Shown piece by piece: positions 12,676 through 24,998 of a stretch of 64,000 bases of DNA (its first letter is position 1; every line of letters starts with the position of its first letter). Below the pieces are notes generated by a model. The model did no database searches, was not told where the DNA came from, and was given only the letters and a program-made list of their open reading frames with translations. The position numbers were made by a program, and so were the translations under genes. Source of the stretch: Podarcis melisellensis. Lineage: Eukaryota. The DNA lies in NCBI GenBank assembly GCA_964234715.1, contig OZ174284.1; one strand, written 5' to 3'.

Positions 12676-15286
12676 TATTCTCATTTGCCTTCAGTAGCAG
12701 TAAAGCTCTGTTGGATGAAATACAATTGCCCCTGGTCTATTTTGCGGGGGGAATCCTGCAACGTGTTTAAGTTTTTACTCTGCTGACTATTAATTGGAAT
12801 CTACTCTGGATCAATACCGAGTAGACTTTAAATGACAGGAATATCCATCTTTTCATGGGCATGGCAAAATCTATTCATTTTCAGAGATGGAGGGCTTTCC
12901 ATTATGAGCAGTTATGGCCAAAGGGTTCCATTTCCTTTCTTTTAAACATCAACAACAATGCTTTGACACTGCTTCAAAAACAACAGGGCTACAATGAACA
13001 GTTTGGCAATGTAACGATGTCCTGTGGTCCAATGGGAGCAATGCTGCATCATCATGTAGCACCAGGGGCATTGTGGGGGGAGAAAGGTAGATGCCCCCAC
13101 TGACCAGGACTTGGTGCCATTTCCATTGGGTCATTGTGTAGGAGGACATTGCAACCATTTCCAGCTTGATGATTACAGTTTTGCCACTGCTTCTAAGTGG
13201 CAAGGAAATAACTAGAATCCTCCACCATCTCTTCTCACAATGGAAGTCCCCCAGCTGTCCTCAAATGAACAGAATTAATAAAAAATGGTTGCACATAAGG
13301 GAGGGTCATCTTAGTGCTATTTCCTACATAAGGGTGCTTAAAGAGGTCAATTTAAATTGAATACTGCTGCTGCAAATACAGTATTTCCAAGTATTGCTGG
13401 CACTCACCACATGGTGCTAAGGAATCGAATGGTTTGCTTGAATGACTCATACACTGTGATAATAATTGATAATATGGTGTTGATTAGTGTTTTTGTGCAA
13501 CAATACAAACCACAACTTGAGCTGTTGATATTTCAAAAACAATGGCTGCTCTTTGGGATGCATGAATTATCTCTACAAAGAACATAAAGATCCAATCTGG
13601 TCAGCCCACATCTGAAAACACTAAGAAAAGGTCATCTTTGCCAGCAACAACTCCTTGTGCAATAATCTTTCTTGGCACTGGATTTTCATCTTTTGAACTC
13701 TATGCATCTGACTGTCTGGGTCTTATTTTTATATCATATATACCAGGTGGCAGTGAGTACTTGATTTGCACTTTTTATTTATTTCTTAAACTTATTAGTT
13801 GGTTGGATTTATTTATTTATTTTACTAAAACTCACAGCAGCTTACAGAGAAAAATAAACAAACACATACATCAAAACCAGCATAAAACAAAAACAAAACA
13901 GAAAACTATAAAATGCAATCATGTTTTTAAAAGGCAAGATTAAAATATCCCACCCACTCAAGAAGTCCAAGGATAATTAAAAGCCAATGTATAGCCAATT
14001 GTACTTAATTATACTCGATTGAACTTAACTTACTGAGACAACATCAGTTGCCTTGCTTTCATATCAAATCTGAAAAACCTGATTTGCATATACGAAGCGT
14101 TTTCTAAATGGTATATATTATTCCAGGCCAACTTTAGGTAAAATTCATAAAATTTATGCCAAGCTTCTATTATTTCATCCTGTCAAATATTTTTAATTTT
14201 ATCTCTGTACACCTGCTGTAATAGATGAGATGGAGAATCACAGAATGGTTACCAATCATTGGGTAGCGAGATGTCGGAAGATAACCATCAAACCAGTAAG
14301 CTACTGTGGATCAGGGGACAGATCTGCATGAATATACCATTGATCCAAGCACCATAAACATTTATATAAACACCATATGTGCCAGAAGAACTATAAAAAT
14401 GGATATTAGCAATGCAGGTGACTCCATTCATTCATTTCTCCATTCATTTTTGAATGGAGCCATTCGTTTTCTGGAAGCCATTCATTGTTGTGCTCTACTC
14501 TTCTTACAAGGAGTTCAGCCTGGTGCACCAGGTTCAGCCCCCTACTTTATCCCCACAACAACCCTGCGAGGTTGATTAGTTTGAGAGTTGTCAGGGAAAA
14601 AACCTAAGAGGACCCAAGAACCGAAAGAGGAAAAATCCACTGTTTTCAATAGGAATTTCAGACAAAAGGTGAATGGTACACAGTGCCCAGGATTTTGATT
14701 CATTGTTCAAGAAATCCAATGTTACTGCAAATCTGTGCTCTCAAACATTAAAGATTTATCATATTCCTTGGTGCTCAAAATATTAGAAGCTCATGAATCT
14801 TACATCATCTTACATTTTCCACTAACTTTGCCAGCAACAACTCAGTGTATCATTTATAAATAACTTCAAAAGAAATAGTTGAGCTGACCTGATTGTTCTT
14901 GGCCCATAATGAAATTGGTGATGGACTTTTATAAAGATCCCATTATTGAATAGTTACACTTGGCTTGTTTATAAGGGAATGTGGAGCTCTTTGGGAAGAC
15001 TTACAGTGGTTTTTTTACTTTGTCACATCCAGTGAATGTTTTATGACTCATGCTTTTTCCAAGGAAAAAAAAAATCTATATCTAGAGTATCCTCAAGCCA
15101 TAGTGTGCATTATAGCCCTGATAGTTCTTCTTCAGCTCAGATTGCGATTTCAAGCTGGAAAAATACTCATTGCCTGTGCCACTTCTACCATCCTACCAAT
15201 TAATAAATAAATAAAATTAGACTTCTGACTCAAACCTGGAGAAGTCACTGTTATTAATAACTTTATTATGATACATGCTTTGTGGT

Positions 15287-15738
15287 TGTCAGGGAACTGC
15301 CATCAGTCCTGGAGGGAGAGCGCAAAAGCCAGAGGGATTCCAGAGAGCGTCCAGGGATCGGAGGAGCAGCCCATCTTCTGGGGAAGAGAATCAGCGTAGC
15401 ACCAGTGGAGAAGGGGTATAGCTGGGGGAAGTGGCAAGGCGGTCTCATGACTCCTTGCCTGGGACCAGCAGGGAGAGTAGGGGTCCTCCGTTGCCCACAC
15501 CCTCCCTGCGCAGAAGGCTTTCGCGCAGAGAGGGTAGGCGGAGACTAGGCATCAAAGAGCTTCTTTGCTGGAAGAAGTTTAAGAAACGCCGACTCACGGA
15601 TTCTGCCAGCAACTGAGTCAGCCACGGGTGAGTGGCGGTATGGACAGATAAGGTTCACTTTGGCAGCCCAGCCAGGTATTTGCATCCAGCCAGGGATAGG
15701 TACCTGCTTACGCACAAGCAACCCCTTAGAAACCACTA
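15287..15738. mobile_element. Probable LTR-retrotransposon LTR remnant
   Basis: Abrupt GC-rich block starting TGTCAGGGAACTGCC in AT-rich context; right end and TSD not resolved. Confidence 0.4.
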
Positions 15739-16631
15739 CAGTGGTGCCTCGCAAGACAAAATTAATTCGTTCCACAAGTCTTTTCGTCTTGCGAGTTTTT
15801 CGTCTTGCGAAGCATGGTTTCCCATAGGAATGCATTAAAAATCAATTAATGCGTTCCTATGGAAACCGCCTTCAGACCAGGTCTGGGGACAGTCTGTCCC
15901 CCGACCTCCTCTGAAGGCTGGCGGGGGGCAAAGGTCTTTGCTTCCCCCCCGCCTGCCTTCCCGGGAGAGCAGAGAAGCAGCGCTGCCTTCCCGCTCTCCC
16001 GGGAAGGCAGGCAGGGGGGAGCAAAGACCTTTGCCCCCCGCCAGCCTTCAGAAGAGGTCCAGGACCTCTTCCGAAGGCGGGCAGGGGGCAAAAGTCTTTG
16101 CTCCCCCCCGCCTGCCTTCAAAAGCCGTCGGGGAGAGCGGAGAATCGCAGCGCGTTTTTCCGCTCTCCCGGGAAGGCAGGCAGGGGGGAGCAAAGACTTT
16201 CGCCCCCCGCTGGCCTTCAGAAGAGGTCCAGGACCTCTTCCGAAGGCGGGCGGGGGGCAGGACCTCTTCTGATGGCCGGCAGGGGGCGAAAGTCTTTGCT
16301 CCCCCCCGCCTGCCTTCAAAAGCCGTCCGGGATAGCGGGAAGCGCTTCCCTGCTATCCCGGACCGCTTTTAAAATGCTGGCGGTGGGGAGCAAAGCCTTT
16401 CGGCCCCCGCCGGCCTTCCTGGACCTCTTCTGAAGGCCGGAGGGGGGGGGAAGGCTTTGCTCCCCACCGCCAGCATTTAAAAGAGGTCCCCGGAGATTTC
16501 CCTATGGGCTTTCTTCTTGCGAAGCAAGCCCATAGGGAAAATCGTCTAGCGAAGTGACGCAAAAACCGAAAAACCCTTTCGTCTTGCGGGTTTTTCGTCT
16601 TGCGAGGCATTCGTCTTGCGGGGCACCACTG
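15739..16631. mobile_element. Young Tc1/mariner-type non-autonomous element with GC-rich internal repeats
   Basis: TIR CAGTGGTGCCTCGCAAGAC / GTCTTGCGGGGCACCACTG, TA flanks, CGTCTTGCG subterminal repeats, internal direct and inverted AAAGTCTTTGCTCCCCCCGCCTGCCTTC units, CpGs largely intact. Confidence 0.92.
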
Positions 16632-17499
16632 TAAAGTGGTTTAAGGAGAGATGTGCACAAATTTGGAGCAATTTTGCATTACATGCAAACTAAACTCTGA
16701 AAATAGAGCACAACTTTCCATAACTAATATTCAAATATTAATCCGACCAAATGACTTGGGAAGTCCAAGATAACCAAATGTGTTTCTGACACATTGTGTT
16801 CTGTAGCCTGGACAGTGTGGAATATGGAAGGTTGAATTTACAGCAGAATGGTGGGTCAGAATGTTAGGAAATGCTGATATATTCCAGCACTGGTTTCTTT
16901 TGTCTGTCTACTTCATATAGGAGGAAAATGTTTTTCAATCTACAGGATTGCACATGAGACTAAAGCAAATGATATGAGGATGTGTCAGAACTCTTTTCAA
17001 ATGTGAGGGAGAAATAGCTTGGCTTATTGATAATGAAACCCATGAAACTGTAGTGAAGGAAGCAGCTGATCACCTGAGACATTATTTCATATTGAAGCAA
17101 GGAAATACAAAAATAATGGTGCATATCGGTGGGAAAGGAATGGCTTAGAGTGATATTTCTAAGCTTGCAGTAATAAGCGGGCCCTAGTAATTTTTCCTGA
17201 TAGGTAGATCTATTGATTCAGCTATGATTTAGTGCTGCTGTAGGTAAATCAGTAAATTCACTTCACCGTGTAAAATTGTATGCTATTTTCTGTACAACAC
17301 CGACAAAGAGATAAAGCATAAAGAAAAGAGTTACTGCTCAAATGTTTTCATATAGATGAAATAAAATATTTGATCTTCAGAATTCTTTCCTTGCTTTCCT
17401 ATAAAAATATTTAGGGCAGAATTTTTTAATATATCCTGAATTTTATATGAAAACACTATAAAGGTTTTTTAAAATGGTTCCAACATCAGCCACTGAAAT

Positions 17500-18300
17500 C
17501 CATTTTAAAGGACCACAGCTAAAAATGGCAGCTGGAAACAATGCATTTCTTGGTTATCTGCTGAAAGGTGAGCAGTCAAGGAGCCAGATGCATTTCTACC
17601 TTTACCAGAGCTGTTCCAGCATCTTGGCACCACAACTGAAAAGGCTCTGTCTCTCATACCTATCCACCATACGGGGAACTTGGAGCAGAGACTGAGAATT
17701 ACACTAGGAGTCACCATCAATGCTGTTGGGTCAGTGGACACATTTGCCATCCCAATCAATGGAATACAGGAACCTACATCAACCACTACATCTGCACTCA
17801 CAGAGAGAATCTCTTTGCACCTGTCCTCTGTTCAGAAATGAAGGGAAGGTGGATGTCCTATCTTGGTAACAAATGAAATGGTGGTGTGTCTGAGGGACCA
17901 TGCTCAGTGCAGGAAAGGTCAAGCTCGTACAAACAGGAACTGAGCTGGAAGAGTGAACAGTTTCTGGTGCATAATGGATTTTGGAGTGGGATATATATTG
18001 AGATATTCTGGGGTGCCATAGGAGGTCCTTGCAGACATGATGGTTCCCCCAGGCACTGCCTTGGTTAACCCTTGAATTAGACCCTGAGAACTGAGCAGAT
18101 TCCTTTGGGAGGAGGCACTCCTTAAAGGTATTCTGGTTCAAAGCCATTTAGAACCAGCATTTTAAATTAATTCAGGAAGCAAATAGGTAATGATTGCAGA
18201 TTGTCATATTGGTGTTATGCATTCTCATCCACATGCTCCAATTAACATCCTGGCAGCTAGATTCTACACTAATTGCAGTTTCTGAGTTGTCTTCGGAGGC
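17500..18300 (-). mobile_element. L2-like LINE 3' region, degraded
   Basis: Minus strand RAFSVVVPRCWNS matches the L2 ORF2 C-terminal motif RAFS.A.P.LWN.L. Confidence 0.65.
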
Positions 18301-18519
18301 ATGGTTTCAAGTTGGCTTGCTTCAGATAAACAAGAGTTAACATTAACCACAGTTTGCTGGTTTGGATTGGGCAACAAACAATGGTTAAACAAAAATAGAC
18401 ACAAAACTTTCCTTGCAGACATTCAGGAAAAGGGGAAGGACCAGGGATTGCCTAGGCTCATTTTTGTCACACTAAAATATAGTTTAGCATGACTCCTGAA
18501 CATGAACATTGTGTGTTGG

Positions 18520-18655
18520 TCAGAGAATTGTAGAGTTGGAAGGGACCACCAGGATCATCTAGTCCAACTTCACAATGCAGGAATCTTTTGCCCGATGTGA
18601 AGCTCAGACTCATGCCCCTGAGATCAAGAGTCTCATGCTCTACCAACTAAGCTAT
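18520..18655 (-). mobile_element. tRNA(Lys)-derived SINE with CR1-derived tail
   Basis: Minus strand ATAGCTTAGTTGGTAGAGCATGAGACTCTTGATCTCAGGG (tRNA-Lys-like head), then GTTGGACTAGATGATCC..CCTTCCAACTCTACAATTCT (CR1 3' end). Confidence 0.8.
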
Positions 18656-21237
18656 AGTATCTGGGTTTTCCATCATAATATAGTTATTGAAGTAGTGAGC
18701 AATAACTTGTGATGTTCCTCTTCCCATGCTGACTTTCACTCACTGGATGCAAATTAATGTAGACAGCTATTAAATGCCAGGAAACATTTACCATATGTTT
18801 AATATCACAAAATCTGCCACTTATTTTTTAATCTGTTTGCCAAATCCAAAGCAAATATAATAATGCAGCATAGTTAGTAAAAAAGAAATGTAATTAAATG
18901 CAATGCATGATCACAGATCTGTTTTAACTTCTCTGCGTTACCCATTTTGGTTCATAGCCTAATGAGGTCTTGTCTTCACTGTAACAATTCATACATGGGT
19001 GAATTTAATTTTGACTCCAATTATTTATTAGCACGTTAGTGACAGCCCATTGTGTCCCATGTAATTAGCCATGCAACAGTTGCTAGGCCAAGGCTCAATC
19101 CCCTGAGCTCATGCCAGCATAGTGGAGCTTCAACAGAATGTGAAAGAAGCTTGATTATAAAAATAGCATTCTAATCTCTTGACAGTTCATATTCTATTGG
19201 CAGATACCCTCAGATGCTATGCTAATAAAAGCTGCAGTCTTGCATTTGGTGCATAATAAGAAGGTTGACTATGAAATCTGTGGCAGTTTAGCCTTTTATT
19301 TTAAATGATCTTTCTTTGGCAAATGTGAAAGCACTCAGCCTATGGAAACAGCCTCAGAGTGGCTTTATGTGTATGTTACCACATCATACCCCCCCCATAC
19401 ACAATGTTCCCCATTTGGTCTGAGCACACATGATGGGTTTGGATCTGGTCAGTGTATGGATGAAAGACAACCCCTTTGCCACCTTGGGTTCCATGATGGA
19501 ATAAAGGCTATGGATAGTCTCTCCAAATTGCACCAATGTCAACTTCTGATCTGTATCCTCCAACCCTCCCTCCTACTGTTCTTTGCCTCCCATCAGTTGG
19601 TGCATAAGGTGGCCACCTCACTCTGCCTAATGGTAGGGTGGGACCTGGTGAGAAGGTAGAAGCACTTCTGAGAGAAAACAAAATTCTGAAAATGTTCTAG
19701 ACTCCAGGCAGGAACACAACCTTCCAAAAGTTCCATTCTTCATCAAAGGGACATAGCTTAAATTGGTCTTTAGCACATTTAGTGCTATATAAGGTGCAGC
19801 TCTTCTATGGGAACTTTAGAACAAAATACGTGCTTGAGAATATCTGCTTTATCATGTATGGACAACTCCCTTTCTTGACTATTGGATCTCTACCACATTT
19901 AGCCCAGGCCTTCGACATTGTGTCATCACTGTCTGCTGCCTCTGGTTTCTCTCTGTGTGCCTTCTGTTTGCCACCATGGGTGCTACCTTGCCCTATGGGC
20001 TTTGATTGACTGAAAGTGGACACTAAGAGACAAGGGCCTCTTACCTATAAACATTATATTTTCAGTGCCATCAAGATACCTTGTGCTGGGATTAAGAAAT
20101 CCATTCTCATTTTTCTGTTATTAGACCTCTTCTGCACAATCCAAGCAGAATGTGCACTCAGCATCAATGCCTATCACAGACATTCATTTCTTTGTGTGAA
20201 TTATTTAATCAAAGGAAAAAGGAAGATATGTTAGAAGAGGGGGAGGCCTGGGCTCACAACTGGTTGAAATCCATTAGCCCAAATTCCAAAAAGTGCAGAA
20301 TAAACACACGGAAACACATATTCAATGACGCCATGCTTCATTTAGTTATAACCTCTGCATTCAGGTTATATCTGATCTAGAGAACTGGAATTGCCCATTG
20401 GCAAGTGTTTTTTTCTAGATTGGTGCCCTGACTTGTGCCTTTATAGGATGTTTAGGGGCTATTTTTAAAAATTACATGGCCAGAAGAAGTTTGACAGGTA
20501 CAGCTTCTGTTGTCACTGCTGCGCTGTCATTATGGAAGCCATTCTTACCCACTGTCATGCAACTATTTAAGGCAGAGGTCATCTTTGAGTCAGAAGCTGT
20601 CAACCTTAGCCATGAATCTTTTTGTCAAGAGTGGATCTCAGTGCCCTACACAAGCCTTGCATTTGGCATCCCAGAGCATTAATTGCTTTTGAAACTCCAA
20701 GTTCAGGTCAAATTAATGATATTCAAATTAATTCATGTTTTGCAAATTACTCAAGTGTCCTTAACTGTTGATTTATTTATTTATTTATTTTAAAAAAGAA
20801 AGTTCAGTAATTACTAAGATCCCATTCTGTTCACTTGACATGGGTCACAGTGAAAAGAAAAAGTTGCTTGTATACACTGAGTGAAAATGTGTCTAAAACA
20901 TTTGCAACATACAGTATATTTAAAGTACTAGTAGTAGTCATGGCTTTTCCCAAAGTCTCATGGGAGCTGTAGTTTGTTAAGGATGCTGACAGTTGTAAGG
21001 AGACCCCCTATTCCCCTCCCAGAGCTACAGCCCTCCACCCGCCACCCACATGCCCTAGTGGCCCTCAGTCATTCATGTAGAATGAGAAGCAAGATATAAA
21101 AGTGATACTTCTTGTCCCAGAGTTTTAGCCTTACAACTTGCCAAGCATCTCCTGGCCCTGCATGAAAGCTCTCCTCCAAGCAGTCCATTGACCATGTTTG
21201 CTTTCACCCCCAGCAGCTGATAGCCTTGTGACTAAGT

Positions 21238-21375
21238 CAGTGGTTCTCAACCTGTGGGTCCCCAGATGTTGTTGGACTACAACTCCCATCATCCCTGAGT
21301 TCTGGCCTTGCTAGCTAGGGGTGATGGGAGTTGTAGTTCAACAACATCCGGGGACCCACAGGTTGAGAAAGGCTG
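21238..21375. mobile_element. Palindromic hAT MITE (URR1/MER20-like)
   Basis: Near whole-length inverted repeat TCTCAACCTGTGGGTCCCC..ACTACAACTCCCATCA / TGATGGGAGTTGTAGT..GGGGACCCACAGGTTGAGA; TSD GACTAAGT/GACTAAGA. Confidence 0.9.
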
Positions 21376-22798
21376 GACTAAGAGATTTTGCAGTCTCTTC
21401 AGCTTGGCTGGAAGAACTGTTCGTCAAGGGGGAAGTCCCTCCTCCTGAACAGAATCCAGGGGAGAGAATGGCAGTTGGGAATTGTCAGTTGGGGAAAATG
21501 GCGCTCTCTATGTGTGTGATATATATATATAGGTTATTACAAAGGTTGAGTGCCACTCCCACTCTCTGCTGAGATGTAGCAATATCCCAGGAGTTCCAGG
21601 CTCTCAGCCATGGCCTTTCTATGGCCGCTGCCACCAGCCTCCTCCCTTGGGCAGCTCATAGTAGCTGCTGGAGAGCAGGTGAAGAGGAGGAAAGGCTGCC
21701 GCTACTGAGGCACAGCCCCACGTGATGTGCCAGCTCTTGGTCCTCAGATACTCTTAAGACATTTGGGGCAAGCAGAGAGCACGGCTGCCCTGGGCAGGAA
21801 GAAAGGGGGAGTGGAGCGGAGCAGAGGACTGCACAAGGAATACTGATTTTTTAAAATAAAATAAAAAATATGGACACATAATATCTAATATTGCCCCTTT
21901 CTAAAATTTATTTATTGGTGTGTGTTTTTCCTTCCGTAAAACTACCAAGAACACAATAAAATAAAATCATGATTAAGGGCAGCAGCATTTGTCCTTCTTT
22001 TAATAGGAATTGTTGTGTGTTTGTGTGTAAAAATAGGGGGTTGTGGGGGGGGGGTCAGCATAATTCATGCTGTTCCCTGGCTTCTTTCTGCTCCCATCAG
22101 AAACCTCCATTTTCTTGGGAGAGAATTTGGTATTAACAAATGTCTTAAGAGTATCTGAGGACCAAGATAAGCTGCCCTCAAAAGATGTCCACATTTTACC
22201 TACTCTACAGTTAAAATTCTTCTCAAGTTTTATTTGTCATACCTGGTCAAACCAGATAAGAAAACACACACATGAAATTTATGTTTTAAAAAATAATGAC
22301 AAATTGCACAACGTGCTTCCCGGTTTAACGTGATGCGTTTTAATAGGGAAAAACCCTAGAATTTTAGATGACTGTATATACCCTAGTTCATGAATGACTT
22401 TTCAGCAAAGTATATCATAAAATGTTGAAAATGTTGCATTTTCTCCTGCCATGCTTGAAGATTAATAATCCAAATGATAGAAAGACATCTGTGACCCCAT
22501 TATATAAAGCAGATGTGGAAATGGATGACATTTCTTACTTTAATTACTTTATTTATAATGTAGATAGACAAGTGGAATGTTTTCTTTCTCTGTGAGGTGA
22601 ATGTAGACACTATTATCAACTTCAGAAGCACTGAGCCAACAAACACCTCTGTGTGACAGAAGGCTGCTGACAGTCAGTGTAAACAATACTGAGATAGATG
22701 GACCAGTGGTCTGATTCAGTAGAAACTAGCTTCCTCAGGCTCAGTGCATTCACAATGTGATCGTATACAATGTGTTTGGGAGAAAGGTGGGATAAAAA

Positions 22799-23147
22799 AT
22801 GGTAAAGGGACCCCTGACCATTAGGTCCAGTCATGGCCGACTCTGGGGTTGCAGCGCTCATCTCGCTTTATTGGCCGAGGGAGCCAGCATACAGCTTCCG
22901 GGTCATGTGGCCAGCATGACTAAGCCGCTTCTGGTGAACCAGAGCAGCGCACGGAAATGCTGTTTACCTTATCACCGGAGCAGTACCTATTTTCTACTTG
23001 CACTTTGACATGCTTTCGAACTGCTAAGTTGGCAGGAGCTGGGACCAAGCAACGGGAGCTCACCCCGTCACGGGGATTTGAACCGCCAACCTTCTGATCG
23101 GCAAGTCCTAGGCTCAGTGGTTTAGAGCACAGCACCACCCACGTCCC
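22799..23147 (-). mobile_element. Full-length Sauria SINE
   Basis: GGTAAAGGGACCCC tail to CACCCACGTCCC head; TSD GAAAGGTGGGATA(A/C)AAA (22782-22798, 23150-23166). Confidence 0.95.
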
Positions 23148-23282
23148 TTGAAAGGTGGGATACAAATACCTTAAAATCACAATTGCGATCATAATAATAT
23201 AACATACACGGAGACCCACAAAGACGTAAGTGTAGCTTACCTCAAAAGTGGAGAGAGGTAAGAATTATGCACATCCAGCTCC

Positions 23283-23645
23283 CATGCTGATGACACAAAG
23301 CTCTACTTCTCCTTCCTATCTGCAGGCATCACAGTGGAAGTGGTGGACCAATGTCTTGCCTCAGTAATGGACTGGGTGAGAGCCAACAAACTGAAGCTCA
23401 ATCCAAATAAGATGGAGGCACTGTTAAGGGGTGGTTCCCTAGACCAGATGGGTGGGAGGTTGCCTGCTTTTGATGGGGCTACACTCCCTCTGAAGGAGCA
23501 GGTACGTAGCTTTGGGGTGCTCCTGGATCCTTTGCTGTCACTTGAGGCTCAAGTGGCCTAAGTGGTAATGAGTGCCTTCCGTCAGCTTTAGCTGGTGGCC
23601 CACGTGTGTCCCTAGCCTAACTTCTGTTGTCTATGCTGTGGTGTT
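23283..23645 (+). mobile_element. L2-like LINE RT fragment
   Basis: HADDTKLY (degenerate YADD box), WVRANKLKLNPNKME, VRSFGVLLDPLLSLEAQV. Confidence 0.88.
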
Positions 23646-24644
23646 CCAGATCTTGCTGGACTCCCAACTCCTATAATTCCTGAACATTAGAGTCAACCAA
23701 CAAGGGTCCCTTTTCTCATGTGACAAAATGTATTGTAAGGAATAGTTGCTGTCATAAACTGGCTGTCATGAAGCAGGAAGGAGGAAGAGGATCCCAGTGA
23801 GGGATGTAGCCCCGATTGGGACACATTGGGGCAAGCTAGGGTTGGAGAAGGAAAGGTTGGTATATAAAGTACTCATGGGGCAACAGAGAATGGTGAGGGA
23901 GATGGGGGTCAGTGCACAGGAACCAGAGCAGCAAGACCCATCACCAGAGGGGCCCAAATCCCCAAACATGGCAGTCTATGAGACATAAGGAGCAGCATGT
24001 GGTATGATCTAGGAGGCTGAGGCAGGCAAAGGCCCACAGCCCAGCTGGCCAGGTGGGGCTTATTAGCTCTGGGAGGGAGTGTGTGATTCCTCAGCTGGAG
24101 TAGGCTTGGGACAGGTGAGGGTCACATGCCTCATCAAGGCCAGATGCTGCAGTCAGCATGCAAGGTATACAAGGGAAACAGAGCTGAGGTGCTGTGTCTG
24201 CTCAACTCCCCACATTGGTTGGACCACAGCATGGATGTTATCGGGAGCTCCTTGAGACTGTGCTTGTGTGGGACTAACATCCTAGTGCCCTGATTCCTGG
24301 ATTGGCTGCCAAGGCAGGAATTTGGTCTGACTGGACTTTGGACCTGTTGGCCTGCCAGATTATGCGCTAATATCTGCTGTGGGTTCGTGTACACTTGTGG
24401 GACATACCAGGTAACCCGTGGTTCGGGACAGTTGCTGGCAAAAGTAATGGTCTAAAAAGTATGATGGTTGGGACCCAAACAGCAGAAATGACCCAGGAAG
24501 CCAGCTGCAATCCCTGCTACTGTATTGCTCAGGATCAGACTCTATTTCTTAAGAGAAGCCTGAGGAGCATGGAGGGTGGTGCAAAAAACAGGGACAGGCT
24601 GTTATGAATGCAGAAATCCTGCATTTGGCCTTTAGTGGTTCAGG

Positions 24645-24998
24645 TTAAGTAAAGGTAAAGGGACCCCTGACCATTAGGTCTAGTCATGACCAACTCTGGG
24701 GTTGTGGGGCTCATCTCGCTTTATTGGCCAAGGGAGTTGGCATACAGCTTCCAGGTCATGTGGCCAGCAGGTCATTCTGGCGAACAAGAGCAGTGCACGG
24801 AGACGCCGTTTACTTTCCTGCCAGAGCGGTACCTATTTATCTACTTGCATTTTGACGTGCTTTCGAACTGCTAGGTTGGCAGGAGCAGGGACGGAGCAAT
24901 GGGAACTCACCAGTCTAGTCATGGGGATTCGAACTGCTGACCTTCTGATCGGCAAGTCCTAGGCTCTGTGGTTTTATCCACAGTGCCACCCAGGTCCC
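24645..24998 (-). mobile_element. Sauria SINE
   Basis: AAAGGTAAAGGGACCCC tail; TSD TAGTGGTTCAGG (24633-24644, 25000-25011). Confidence 0.95.

Noticed and set aside
15846-16610. Cluster of long overlapping ORFs (up to 157 aa) on both strands
   Set aside because: All lie within the GC-rich repeats of a non-autonomous transposon; repetitive peptides, no transposase motifs.
18580-18655. tRNA-Lys gene
   Set aside because: Degenerate T-arm and B box, and fused to a CR1 tail; it is a SINE head.
21238-21375. Long hairpin as a pre-miRNA
   Set aside because: Fully explained by a palindromic hAT MITE with 8-bp TSD.
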